Both the position numbers and the translations under genes were made by a program. Shown here one piece after another: positions 26,923-36,675 of a stretch of DNA of 64,000 nucleotides. Each line of letters opens with the position of its first letter. Within the stretch, counting starts at the first letter, position 1. Below the pieces are notes generated by a model. The model was given only the letters and a program-made list of their open reading frames with translations. It searched no databases and had not been told where the DNA came from. Source of the stretch: a bacterium (GTDB taxonomy: Bacteria; Patescibacteriota; WWE3; 2-01-FULL-39-13; JAACPI01); assembly GCA_009995545.1 (NCBI GenBank), contig JAACPI010000002.1, forward strand, positions 2,965-66,964, read 5' to 3'.

Positions 26923-27918
26923 ATGAATAAAAAAGTTAGTATAGTAACAATAGGAGGGGGAACAGGTTCATATGTAGTTCTTAGAGCGTTAAAAAATCTA
27001 GCAAACATTTCAATTACATCTTTGGTCACCACAGTGGATGATGGCGGAATAGCAAGAAAAGAGCGAGATGAGTTTGGTCTGTTACCGCAGAGTGACCTTA
27101 GAAAAGCTATAGTGGCCTTATCCCCCGAGGATGAAGAAAGTACTTTAAGAGAGTTATTTACCTATCGTTTTGACAAAGGCACTGGACTAGAGGGGGTCAC
27201 ACTTGGCAATCTTATAATGGCAGCCTTGTCAGATTTAGAAGGATCCCAACACATTGCTATAAAAAAAATACAAAAACTTCTCAATATTCAAGGTAAAGTA
27301 GTACCAATTACCAAGGATAAAACTAATATACTTATCGAGTTAGAAGACGGAAAACAAATATTTGGGGAAACCAGTTTAGATAACGTTTTTTGGGACGGAA
27401 AAAAACATATTAAGAAATTACAACTAGTCCCTAAGGCAAAAATTTCTAAACAAGCGGCCAAAGCTATTAAAGACGCAGACTTTATTTTTATAACCCCAGG
27501 AGACCTTTATGGAAGTATTATAGTTAATTTTTGTACACAGGGTTTTAAAAGCGCAATAAAAGAGTCTAGAGCTAAGCTAGTTTACACATGCAACCTATTT
27601 ACAAAATATGGACAAACATATGGATATGGAGCCCTTGACCACATAAAAGACTTAGAAAAGTATATGTTGAAAAAAATTGATATAGTAATTTTAAACTCAG
27701 GATCCTACCATTCAGAATCCTTGGTAGCCTACGCAAAAGAAAACGCCCAACCAGTAGTATATAATAAAAACGATCTAGGCGACTATAAGGTTTACTTAGC
27801 GGATCTTTTGATTGGAGACACTTACAGCTCTCAAAAGGGGGATAAAATAGCTAGATCTCTTATAAGGCACGACTCTAAGGCCCTAAAAGAAGTATATAGA
27901 GAAATCCTAAATAACTAG
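26923..27918 (+). CDS. yvcK: YvcK/GlmR (CofD-like, UPF0052) protein
   Basis: IGGGTG, VTTVDDGG, LFTYRF, PGDLYGSI, LIRHDS. Confidence 0.93.
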   Translation: MNKKVSIVTIGGGTGSYVVLRALKNLANISITSLVTTVDDGGIARKERDEFGLLPQSDLRKAIVALSPEDEESTLRELFTYRFDKGTGLEGVTLGNLIMAALSDLEGSQHIAIKKIQKLLNIQGKVVPITKDKTNILIELEDGKQIFGETSLDNVFWDGKKHIKKLQLVPKAKISKQAAKAIKDADFIFITPGDLYGSIIVNFCTQGFKSAIKESRAKLVYTCNLFTKYGQTYGYGALDHIKDLEKYMLKKIDIVILNSGSYHSESLVAYAKENAQPVVYNKNDLGDYKVYLADLLIGDTYSSQKGDKIARSLIRHDSKALKEVYREILNN

Positions 27919-27968
27919 GGGTATCCTTTCTTTTTTAATTAGTAGTAATAACCTATAATAATATTGCT

Positions 27969-29141
27969 ATGAAAGCAAAAACCACTAATAATCTAAAATA
28001 TTACCTAGCAACTTTTGGTTGCCAAATGAATCATAAAGATAGCCAACAGATGGCGGGAGTTTTAGAGGCGCTAGGTTTTATTCAAACAGACAAGGTTTTG
28101 GATGCAAAAATTGTAATTATAAATACCTGTTCAGTTAGACAAGCAAGTGAAGATAAGGTTTACGGTTACGGGATAAAATATAAGTCCATAGATAAAGCAG
28201 ATAAACCATTAACCTTTATTACAGGCTGTATGGTAGGAAGTGCAAAGGGAGATCGTTCAAGATATCAGTTGAAAATGCTACAAGAAAAAATGCCTTGGGT
28301 TGACTATTTTTTATCACCGAGTGAAGAAATAGAAATTCCAAAAATACTTTTAAAAGAAAAACTTATAGATGAATGGGGAATTAAAACCCTAGAACAGCAT
28401 AATTTTGAAAATGATGCAAAGCGAGAAAATAGTAAAACAGCACTGATAAATATTAGTTATGGATGCGATAACTTTTGTACTTTTTGTGTAGTCCCCTATG
28501 CAAGAGGAAAAGAAGTTTCACGACCCAAAGAAGAAATAATGCGGGAAATAAACCACGCAGTTTTAAGAGGTTATTCACATGTCCTGCTCCTTGGTCAAAA
28601 CGTTAACAGCTGGAATCTATCACCCACAGAAAAACTTAAAACAAGAAAAAAAATTGGCAAACACCCATTTGCTGCATTACTTAAAGAAGTACACAAAATA
28701 GAAGGAGTAAATAAAATTAGCTTTATCACAAGTAATCCGTGGGATTTTACTACTGACCTGGTAAAAGCACTCAGTCTTCCTAAAATAGAACGTTTTTTGC
28801 ATTTACCTATTCAAAGCGGAAGCAACAAAATACTTAAAGCAATGAATAGAAGACATACAGTAGAAGAGTACACAGAGTTAGTACAAGAAATAAGAGCAGA
28901 GGTCCCCAACATGAGGTTTGGCACGGATATTATTGTAGGATTTCCAGGAGAAACTGAACAAGACTTTGAAAAAACTGTAAGACTATTTAAAGAAATCAAA
29001 TATAAAGTAGCCTATGTTTCTATTTACAGCGCTAGAAAAGGTACACCAGCCGAAAATATGGGGGACACTGTACCTTTAAAAGTTAAGAAAGAAAGACACA
29101 AAATACTTACAGAAGTCTTTAATCAGTTTAAAAATGAATAA
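27969..29141 (+). CDS. miaB: MiaB-type radical SAM tRNA methylthiotransferase (no C-terminal TRAM domain)
   Basis: TFGCQMN, NTCSVR, GCDNFCTFCVVP, DIIVGFPGETE; overlaps miaA. Confidence 0.9.
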   Translation: MKAKTTNNLKYYLATFGCQMNHKDSQQMAGVLEALGFIQTDKVLDAKIVIINTCSVRQASEDKVYGYGIKYKSIDKADKPLTFITGCMVGSAKGDRSRYQLKMLQEKMPWVDYFLSPSEEIEIPKILLKEKLIDEWGIKTLEQHNFENDAKRENSKTALINISYGCDNFCTFCVVPYARGKEVSRPKEEIMREINHAVLRGYSHVLLLGQNVNSWNLSPTEKLKTRKKIGKHPFAALLKEVHKIEGVNKISFITSNPWDFTTDLVKALSLPKIERFLHLPIQSGSNKILKAMNRRHTVEEYTELVQEIRAEVPNMRFGTDIIVGFPGETEQDFEKTVRLFKEIKYKVAYVSIYSARKGTPAENMGDTVPLKVKKERHKILTEVFNQFKNE

Positions 29142-30048
29142 CAGCAAGGCACTTATAATACTAGGGCCAAGTGCCAGTGGAAAAACAAACCTCGCTCTAA
29201 AATGGGCAAGTAAACTTAATAAAGATGTTTTATCTGCGGACTCAAGACAAATATATAAAAATTTAGACTACTGTACTGGAAAATACCCTAGTTTAAAAAT
29301 AAAGGTTTCTAAACACAAGGAATACTGGGATATCGGGGGGACTAAATATTGGGGATACGATTTAATAAATCCAAATAAAGTTTTTAGTTCTGTAGAATTT
29401 TTAAAATTCACAAATAGAATTCTTAACAACTCCTCAAAAATACCTATTATCTGCGGGGGAACAGGTCTTTATATAAAATCTATAATTGGAAAATTAGAAT
29501 TTAATGAAGGGATAAAAAATGAAAAGTTAAGAAGAGATTTAGAGAAAAAGACTGCCGCAGAAATACTAAAGATACTCACAAAATCTGGATACGAGGTAGA
29601 AAATTTAAATAATTCAGAAAAAAACAACAAACAAAGACTAATCAGAAAAGTAGAACTACTAAGCAACAAAAAAAGTTGTTCATTAAAATCTTTATTTCCA
29701 AAAGAAGAAGATTGTCTAGTAGTAGGATTAAATTTGGAAAAGATAGAGTATGAAAACAAAATTGAGGAATGGTTAAACAGGGACTTTGAAAAAATGAAAG
29801 TAGAGGTAACCTGGTTAAGAGATAAACACCCCACAAGCCCTTTGTTTATGGGATTTATTTTTAAAGAAATTGATAAACATTTAAAAAATGAAATAAACGA
29901 AGAAGCGTCAAAAATCCTGATTAAAACTAACTATATTCAATATATCAAAAGGCAAAACACTTTCTTTAAAAACCAATTTAATAATGTTAACTGGTTTAAT
30001 AATGTTTCTAAGGCTAATAAATTTATTGAAAAAGAATTACAACAGTAG
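29134..30048 (+). CDS. miaA: tRNA dimethylallyltransferase
   Basis: GPSASGKT, SADSRQIY, GGTGLY, YIKRQNTFF. Confidence 0.92.
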   Translation: MNNSKALIILGPSASGKTNLALKWASKLNKDVLSADSRQIYKNLDYCTGKYPSLKIKVSKHKEYWDIGGTKYWGYDLINPNKVFSSVEFLKFTNRILNNSSKIPIICGGTGLYIKSIIGKLEFNEGIKNEKLRRDLEKKTAAEILKILTKSGYEVENLNNSEKNNKQRLIRKVELLSNKKSCSLKSLFPKEEDCLVVGLNLEKIEYENKIEEWLNRDFEKMKVEVTWLRDKHPTSPLFMGFIFKEIDKHLKNEINEEASKILIKTNYIQYIKRQNTFFKNQFNNVNWFNNVSKANKFIEKELQQ

Positions 30049-30070
30049 TTATCTATAGTAGAATTTAATT

Positions 30071-31066
30071 GTGAAAAAAATAAGTAAATTCATTGTAATA
30101 GATATAAAATCCATATTTTTGATTTTGGGTATTTTAGCTGCATTGTGGGTAGCTTTTTTACTGAAAACAGTATTAATAGCAATATTTATAGCCACAATTA
30201 TAGCCTTAGGGCTAGACCCTGCGGTACAGTTTTTAAAGCGAAAAAAACTTTCTCAAGGTGTTGCTGTTGCAGTAGTTTACTCGGCCTTTGTTATTACCAT
30301 ATTGGGTTCTATCACTTTTGCGGCTACCCCAATTGTTAGCCAAACCCAAGATTTAGGAAAAAACTTTTCAACATATCTAGAAAGTTTATCTAATATTCCA
30401 GAGCTTAAAAATTTTTCTATAGACTTAAATCAAGAAATTACTAAACAGGTTTCAGCCATAAGTGGCCAAGCTGTGCAAAAAACACTAGATGCCTTTGCAG
30501 CGTTGGTTATGGGAATAACCGTACTAGTTTTGACCGCATATTTGTTACTAGACTTTGAGGGAGTAAGAAAAAATATTTTGGCTCTTGTACCTAAACCCCA
30601 TAGGGAACAGACTGCTGAAATAATTGCCTCTATAGAAGAAAAATTGGGTATGTGGCTTAGGGGACAAATTGCCTTAATGCTGGTCATCGGAACTGTAACC
30701 TTTGTAGGACTTACTATTTTAGACGTTAAATTTGCTCTTTCATTGGCTGTTATTGCAGGACTTTTAGAGGTAGTCCCGATGATAGGGCCTACAATATCTG
30801 TAATACCTGCCTTAATAGTAGGCTTTAGTGATTCAAGCTTTAAAGGGCTGGGAGTTTTGGGCCTCTATATAATTATTCAACAACTTGAAAATAACTTTGT
30901 GGTACCCAAGGTAATGCAGAAAGCGGTAGGGTTCAATCCTTTAGTAACTTTAATTGCAATTCTTGTTGGAGGAAATTTAATGGGGGTTCTTGGAGCTATA
31001 TTGGCAATACCAATTGCACTTATTGGCCAAACAATAATAAAATCAGTGTTTAATAATTTGTACTAA
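30071..31066 (+). CDS. AI-2E family transporter
   Basis: WLRGQ, VPMIGP, IQQLENNFVVPKVM, GVLGAILAIP. Confidence 0.92.
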   Translation: MKKISKFIVIDIKSIFLILGILAALWVAFLLKTVLIAIFIATIIALGLDPAVQFLKRKKLSQGVAVAVVYSAFVITILGSITFAATPIVSQTQDLGKNFSTYLESLSNIPELKNFSIDLNQEITKQVSAISGQAVQKTLDAFAALVMGITVLVLTAYLLLDFEGVRKNILALVPKPHREQTAEIIASIEEKLGMWLRGQIALMLVIGTVTFVGLTILDVKFALSLAVIAGLLEVVPMIGPTISVIPALIVGFSDSSFKGLGVLGLYIIIQQLENNFVVPKVMQKAVGFNPLVTLIAILVGGNLMGVLGAILAIPIALIGQTIIKSVFNNLY

Positions 31067-31284
31067 CCCTTCTCTTTTTTTTCAGTTAATACACATCTTT
31101 GTAGTATTTTTATTTATTTGTGCTATACTTCATCACTGGAGAACAGAAAATAGGTTCAAAAGCTTCATATACGACAGAATACGCGTTACATTAGAGTTTT
31201 TACCCTTAATCATTTCCTTTTATTTAATAAACCCTATTTTAAGGTGATTTGTTAAATAAGAATTTAACAAATTATATTTAAACT

Positions 31285-32484
31285 ATGGGACAATATTATA
31301 ATTCCCAAAAAAGTCGAGGTTTTAGTAGAGGTGGAGGAAGAGGTAGAGGAGGAAGATCAAATTATGGTAGATTCTCAGGAAACACTATACATGAATCCTT
31401 CTTTATAAAAAAAGCTGATGAAATAATAGAAGAAGAGGCATATGTTTCAGAAATGAAATTTGAAACCTTAGATATAAACGCTGTATTAAAGCAGAATATA
31501 TTAAAAAAAGGTTACACGAACCCAACCCCCATACAAGATAAAGCTATAATACCTGCACTACAGGGAAAAGACGTAGTTGGGGTAGCCAAAACTGGAAGCG
31601 GTAAAACAGCTGCTTTTTTAATTCCAATCATCAATAAAATATTAGCAAATCCAAGTGAAAAAGCTTTGATAATAGTACCAACTAGAGAATTAGCTGTACA
31701 AATAAGTGTAGAGTTAAAATCTTTAGCGCAAGGAACAAGTATAAACTCGGTAGTTTGTATTGGCGGTACAGGTTTAGGCCCACAGATTAAAAGTTTAAGA
31801 TACCCACACAACTTTATTATTGCAACTCCCGGTAGAATTAAAGATTTGATCGAAAGAAGAGCTGCAAGTATGCAAAATGTTAAGTATGTTGTTTTAGATG
31901 AGGTAGATAGAATGTTTGATATGGGATTTGGAAAAGATGTTGCCTTTTTAGTAGATAAAGTTCCTACGCCAAGACAAAACTTTTTCTTTTCTGCAACTTT
32001 ATCTAGTAATATTGAACAGTTGTTTGCTAAATATCTAGTAAATCCAATAAAAATTGACATTAAAACTACAGACGGAATAAACACTATTGAACAAGACATA
32101 GTAAGAATTCCTAAAGCTGTAAAAAAGATCGACATACTACATGACTTACTTATAAAAGAAGGGTTTAATAAAGTTTTGGTATTTGGAAGAACTAAACATG
32201 GAGTTAAGGATACCCACCAAGAACTTGTTAACCGAGGATTTAAAGCCGACTCAATCCATGGAAACAAAACCCAAGCTCAGAGACAAAAAAGTTTAAATGC
32301 ATTTAAAGAAAACAAAGTAAATATTTTAGTAGCAACCGACGTTGCTGCAAGAGGTATTGACGTTATGGATATAACGCATGTTATAAACTTTGATATTCCA
32401 GCAACCAAAGAAGACTATACTCACAGAATAGGAAGAACAGGTAGAGCCAATAAAAAAGGCACTGCTTTAACTTTTGTAGAGTAA
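31285..32484 (+). CDS. DEAD-box RNA helicase (DEVD variant)
   Basis: PTPIQ, AKTGSGKT, PTRELA, LDEVDRM, SAT, ARGID, HRIGRTGR; RGG-rich N-terminus. Confidence 0.96.
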   Translation: MGQYYNSQKSRGFSRGGGRGRGGRSNYGRFSGNTIHESFFIKKADEIIEEEAYVSEMKFETLDINAVLKQNILKKGYTNPTPIQDKAIIPALQGKDVVGVAKTGSGKTAAFLIPIINKILANPSEKALIIVPTRELAVQISVELKSLAQGTSINSVVCIGGTGLGPQIKSLRYPHNFIIATPGRIKDLIERRAASMQNVKYVVLDEVDRMFDMGFGKDVAFLVDKVPTPRQNFFFSATLSSNIEQLFAKYLVNPIKIDIKTTDGINTIEQDIVRIPKAVKKIDILHDLLIKEGFNKVLVFGRTKHGVKDTHQELVNRGFKADSIHGNKTQAQRQKSLNAFKENKVNILVATDVAARGIDVMDITHVINFDIPATKEDYTHRIGRTGRANKKGTALTFVE

Positions 32485-32500
32485 GTAAGAATTATTAAAC

Positions 32501-32527
32501 CCCTTCCAAGGCAACTCCTTGGGAGGG
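32501..32527. terminator. Hairpin between convergent genes (probable bidirectional terminator)
   Basis: cccttccaagg-caact-ccttgggaggg. Confidence 0.65.
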
Positions 32528-32532
32528 CTTAA

Positions 32533-33489
32533 TTAATTACTAAAATAATTAAAAACATTCTCAGAAAGTTTAGCGATTGTTTCATTTGCTTCAAGATTAT
32601 TATCTGTTTCAGTTAAAGCCACGAAAATATAGTCGCCGTCGGATGTATACACAATACCCGCATCGTGACTAAAGTTGTATAGCTCCCCTGTTTTATGAGC
32701 AGTAATAACTTCACTGGGTAAGTACTTAGGTAGTTTACTATTTAAGGTTTGCTGCTGTAAAAGATTAAGCATTTTATTGCTGTATCCCTCATTTACTAGT
32801 TCTTTATTATAAATTTTAGTAAAAAATAGAGCCGTATCCTTAGCAGTAGTCATTGGGTCATCTTCACCCTCACCAATAGAAGACTCTGCAAAGCCCTCGT
32901 TTTGTAGAAACTTTGATACACTTGCGAAATCTACTTTTTTTGCTAAAAGCAATGCAGAATAGTTATCCGAGTAAGTTATCGTTTGATATAGGGCATCTTT
33001 AACAGACAAAGTTATAGTACCCCTTGTTTGTTCCTGATACTCTGGAGAAATACCAAAATAGCTATTTAAATTTGCGATGTAATCACTTAAGACATTTTCC
33101 TCACTGTACAAACCACTGTTTATCTGTTGATAAACTGTGGCCATAAGCCAAAGCTTATATAAACTGGCGCTTACAAACTTAGAATCTTCATTTAACTCGA
33201 ATACTTCACCAGTTTTTAAATTTTTAATATAAATACCGTAATTCCCCTGTTTATCTTTTAACGAATTTTCTACGACAGATCTAAGGTCCGTATCTAATAC
33301 ACTCTGGGGTTTAATATAAGAAATATCTAGAGCGTTTTCTGTGTTTATTAACAAGGAGTTTTCTTGTTTCAAAACACTGTTTTTAGGATTACTAGAAATT
33401 GCCGACAGCACTGCTACAAACAAAGTTAACAGTACCAGTGACTTTAACAACAGATTATTATTTTTTGCTTTTTTACGGGTTTTTTTCAT
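32533..33489 (-). CDS. Membrane-anchored serine hydrolase, class A beta-lactamase-like (Beta-lactamase2) fold
   Basis: ASLYK (SxxK), SDN, HKTG, HDAGIV; N-terminal TM. Confidence 0.88.
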   Translation of the reverse strand: MKKTRKKAKNNNLLLKSLVLLTLFVAVLSAISSNPKNSVLKQENSLLINTENALDISYIKPQSVLDTDLRSVVENSLKDKQGNYGIYIKNLKTGEVFELNEDSKFVSASLYKLWLMATVYQQINSGLYSEENVLSDYIANLNSYFGISPEYQEQTRGTITLSVKDALYQTITYSDNYSALLLAKKVDFASVSKFLQNEGFAESSIGEGEDDPMTTAKDTALFFTKIYNKELVNEGYSNKMLNLLQQQTLNSKLPKYLPSEVITAHKTGELYNFSHDAGIVYTSDGDYIFVALTETDNNLEANETIAKLSENVFNYFSN

Positions 33490-33529
33490 TGATACAAAGA
33501 AGACTTATGATAAGAATATCTTTAAGGGT

Positions 33530-33832
33530 TCACTTAGGTTCTTGGGTTTTTGGTAATCCCCAATTCCATTTAGGTTTTTCACCTTTTTTAATTGCTATCA
33601 CAATGAATATAAATGTAAAAAAAATAATTGGTAACCAAAGATAATAAACTGTATCTATAACACTGGATTGAGCATTAATTTTTGAAGATAAAAAAAGAAC
33701 TACCGTAAGATAAACAGCTACTAGTAACCACCCCTGCCAAGTTACAGGAGTCCACCCCCAACCAAATAATTTCCTCTTAAACCATAAATGTTTTGGGTTA
33801 TCCCTTAAATAATTTATATATTCTTTAATCAT
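33530..33832 (-). CDS. Small hypothetical membrane protein
   Basis: WFKRKLFGWGWTPVTWQGW, two TM, GEKPKWNWG. Confidence 0.75.
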   Translation of the reverse strand: MIKEYINYLRDNPKHLWFKRKLFGWGWTPVTWQGWLLVAVYLTVVLFLSSKINAQSSVIDTVYYLWLPIIFFTFIFIVIAIKKGEKPKWNWGLPKTQEPK

Positions 33833-33899
33833 TATGCTTTAATTGTACCAGAGAAAATTAACTGGAGATTAAAATAATGAGCTCAGGTATAATTTATTT

Positions 33900-34226
33900 A
33901 TGAGAAAAAGGCTAAAATTTGCAGACCCATTAGTACCGTTAGTATTAAATGGGAGTAAGAACACTACTTGGAGAATTAATGACGACAAGGATTTACAACC
34001 GACAGATATACTCTCTTTACAAAAAACTGATCAAACCCAATTTGCCGAGGCAAAAATTTTATGGGTCAAAGAAACTACATTTTCTGAGTTAACTAGCGAA
34101 GATAAAAAAGGACACGAACCTTTTAAAAGTGATGAAGAAATGCTAAAAACTTACTCAAAGTATTACTCAATGGAAGTTAATTTAAGCACTAGATTAAAAG
34201 TTGTTAAGTTTAAGATTCTTAACTAA
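33900..34226 (+). CDS. ASCH domain protein
   Basis: LKF...VLNGSKNTTWR motif; leaderless TATAAT promoter. Confidence 0.8.
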   Translation: MRKRLKFADPLVPLVLNGSKNTTWRINDDKDLQPTDILSLQKTDQTQFAEAKILWVKETTFSELTSEDKKGHEPFKSDEEMLKTYSKYYSMEVNLSTRLKVVKFKILN

Positions 34227-34423
34227 GGATTCCTCCTCATTTTATTCGGGGACCTTGCTTCGTCTCCTTAGCCCAGACAATAAAATATTTAAAATCTCTT
34301 TTTCCCTAAGCAGCTTAGCAAAATAATTTTCCCTCACTTAAAGAATGGTTTTTTTGTATTTCAGATGTCCAGATTTACTATTATGAGTGAAAAGTACCTA
34401 TCTTTAGGTGGTAGAATAACCTG

Positions 34424-36460
34424 ATGAGAGTTGAATACAGGTATGCAAAATTTAATTCTAGTAAACTTTATTACGCGCAGCTTGGAAACGGAAAAAATAC
34501 TACATTTTTTGTACTTGGGTGGTTAAGTAATGTTGATACTTTTCCTATTAAAGAACTCACATCAAAGTATAAAGACAAGTTAAAAGAAAATAAATTAATT
34601 TTTGTACATTTGAGTAATCATTATAAATCTGACTACAGTAACAAAACTTACGATGTTGATCTATATACTGAGGAATTAAAAGATTTTTGCAAAGCTCTTA
34701 AGTTTAAAAAAATAAATCTTGTGGCCCACAGTGCTGGAGGTAGGTACGCAATAAATTTTGCAAGTAAGTATGGGTACTTAGTAAATAAGTTAGTTCTAGT
34801 TTCTCCTGCTGGTCTAAGCAGCAAAAAGGCAAATCTAAATCAGCTAAATAAGGTTCGAGGTTATTTCCATAAATTCAATAACCTTAGTGTTAGGCAAGAA
34901 CAAATACTTAAAGAAACCTTTTTAAACGTTTACGGCATAAATTTAACAAATAAACTTTCAAGCATACAATGCCCAACCCTTGTTATATGGGGAACAAACG
35001 ATAACACTACACCGTTTAAAAGGTCTGCCATATTAACAAAAAGTATTAAGAACTGTCTTTTTTACCCTATTAAAAATAAAGATCATATGGTTATTAGGGA
35101 TAAAACAGCTTTTTCTTATATATTAAATTTTATTGACGAAAGTCCTAGAGTAATTAACAGTTTAGTTAAACTTTCAAAGGAAAAAGAACTTAGTAAAGAG
35201 CTAAAGCGGTACCAATATAATTACTTACGTATAAGCCCAACTTATCAAGCTCGAAAACTCTTTGTCCTTTTTATAAATAAAAACAAACTAAAGCACGTTG
35301 AAGCAGAGTATTTGCAGATAGAAAGTGCTTTAAATAAACTTTGTGGATATATGTTAAAGTCTAATAACCAAGAGTATAAAGACACTCTTAATTTGCAGGG
35401 AATTAACTTTAACAAACTAGATAGCCGTTGTAATTCTCCGCTGTACAACTATTCTAGAGTCGACAGTATTTTTGACGGCTCAACCAGCAAGATTGTTGAA
35501 TTTAATGCAAGAAGACCCCAGATGTTTGAAGATGTAGACTGGTTTAACGAGTACTTTCAATCATTTACTTTTCTTAATAAACCTAAACATAATTTAACAG
35601 ATAAGATAATTGAATCCATTAAAATTCAGTCCAAAGACAAAAATATTTCACCTAAGAATATTATTCTTATTTCAGACTTTGACAAAAAGAGCTCTTTTAG
35701 TTTTTACTCTAGGTTAAAACAAGCTTTTAAAACATCATCGGTACAAAAATTAACTACAAAATCTTCTGCAAAGAAAATTTCTGAAAGCTTGCTAATTAAC
35801 AACAGTCTAGTTATAGACCAAAAAAAGATAGATTTAATTATTGTACAAAGTCTAGGTTTTTTAAAAAACAGCTTTTTTTACAGTAATGGGAAAATTGTAA
35901 ACACCAACGTTAGAAAAGCCTATTACAAAAATAACCTTCAAATAAGCTCGCCCTTGACAAGCAGTGTTTTTGGTAGAAAACAAAGTTTGAAACTGCTAGA
36001 GAATAAAGAAACACAGCAAACATTAAACTTAAATAAAAACGAAATTACGGCTATTAATAGACTTCCAAAAACTAAAGAATTCAAAGATGTAAAAGTATTA
36101 TCTAAAAAATATGTTGTTAAGATACAAGGATTAGGTGGTGGAACGGGTGTCTATTTTTATAAAGACATCGGCGCTAGCGAAAAAAAGCTTTTTATTAGGT
36201 TAGCTAAAAAGAAGAAAAATAACATATTACTTCAAGAAAAAATTGATTTGGTGCCAATAAAAATATACAGTCTAAAAACCCTTAAACCATTTTTTGCAGC
36301 AATATCTTTAGAACCATTTATTGTAAATACAAACGGCAAACCGGAGATCGTTGACTACACTGCTCGAGCAGTTCCCCAGAAATGGATTAAAGATAACACT
36401 AAGTTTAATCCAGTTTTTAACGAACCTAATATATGGTTTGGTGGTGTGATGCAGTACTAA
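34424..36460 (+). CDS. Fusion of alpha/beta hydrolase and circularly permuted ATP-grasp (glutathionylspermidine synthase-like) domain
   Basis: N-terminal half: LVAHSAGG, CPTLVIWGTND, DHM triad. C-terminal half: YSRVDSIF...KIVEFN, YVVK...GGGTGVY, LLQEKI. Confidence 0.7.
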   Translation: MRVEYRYAKFNSSKLYYAQLGNGKNTTFFVLGWLSNVDTFPIKELTSKYKDKLKENKLIFVHLSNHYKSDYSNKTYDVDLYTEELKDFCKALKFKKINLVAHSAGGRYAINFASKYGYLVNKLVLVSPAGLSSKKANLNQLNKVRGYFHKFNNLSVRQEQILKETFLNVYGINLTNKLSSIQCPTLVIWGTNDNTTPFKRSAILTKSIKNCLFYPIKNKDHMVIRDKTAFSYILNFIDESPRVINSLVKLSKEKELSKELKRYQYNYLRISPTYQARKLFVLFINKNKLKHVEAEYLQIESALNKLCGYMLKSNNQEYKDTLNLQGINFNKLDSRCNSPLYNYSRVDSIFDGSTSKIVEFNARRPQMFEDVDWFNEYFQSFTFLNKPKHNLTDKIIESIKIQSKDKNISPKNIILISDFDKKSSFSFYSRLKQAFKTSSVQKLTTKSSAKKISESLLINNSLVIDQKKIDLIIVQSLGFLKNSFFYSNGKIVNTNVRKAYYKNNLQISSPLTSSVFGRKQSLKLLENKETQQTLNLNKNEITAINRLPKTKEFKDVKVLSKKYVVKIQGLGGGTGVYFYKDIGASEKKLFIRLAKKKKNNILLQEKIDLVPIKIYSLKTLKPFFAAISLEPFIVNTNGKPEIVDYTARAVPQKWIKDNTKFNPVFNEPNIWFGGVMQY

Positions 36461-36513
36461 GCTAATGTACGTATTGGCCAATCTGCTTAGTGGGTATTCA
36501 GCCATGATTAGTG

Positions 36514-36587
36514 TGGCTGGGGTATAAGGACTCGAACCCTAACTACTGGGACCAGAACCCAGCGTCCTACCATTAGACGATACCCCA
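36514..36587 (-). tRNA. tRNA-Gln(CTG)
   Basis: TGGGGTATCGTCTAATGGTAGGAC, CTGGG-TTCTGGT-CCCAG anticodon arm, GGTTCGAGTCC, ...TACCCCAGCCA. Confidence 0.95.
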
Positions 36588-36675
36588 ATGAAGATGTAGG
36601 GATTATACTTTGATTTGGGGATATAAATCAAATCCTTAAGTTCTATTATAGGAATTACTGTCCGAATAAATTGTC

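Noticed and set aside
26472-27032. 186-aa minus-strand ORF
   Set aside because: Antisense shadow of HU and yvcK that crosses a terminator; no recognisable motifs.
31512-32267. 251-aa minus-strand ORF (and similar antisense ORFs over recA, rny, the kinases, macAB, rpoA and rpsE)
   Set aside because: Antisense shadows of well-conserved genes, explained by codon bias.
32533-33489. Bona fide class A beta-lactamase resistance gene
   Set aside because: SxxK/SDN/KTG are present, but no clear omega-loop ExxLN motif is visible and the protein is membrane-anchored. More likely a PBP-like peptidoglycan hydrolase.
34227-34423. Possible small ORF or pseudogene remnant on the minus strand (MRENYFAKLL...)
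   Set aside because: Only about 31 codons, with no recognisable motif or start signal; cannot be supported.
21723-36587. Prophage or integrative element at tRNA-Pro or tRNA-Gln
   Set aside because: No integrase, transposase or phage genes, and I saw no duplicated tRNA 3' end (att site) in the window.
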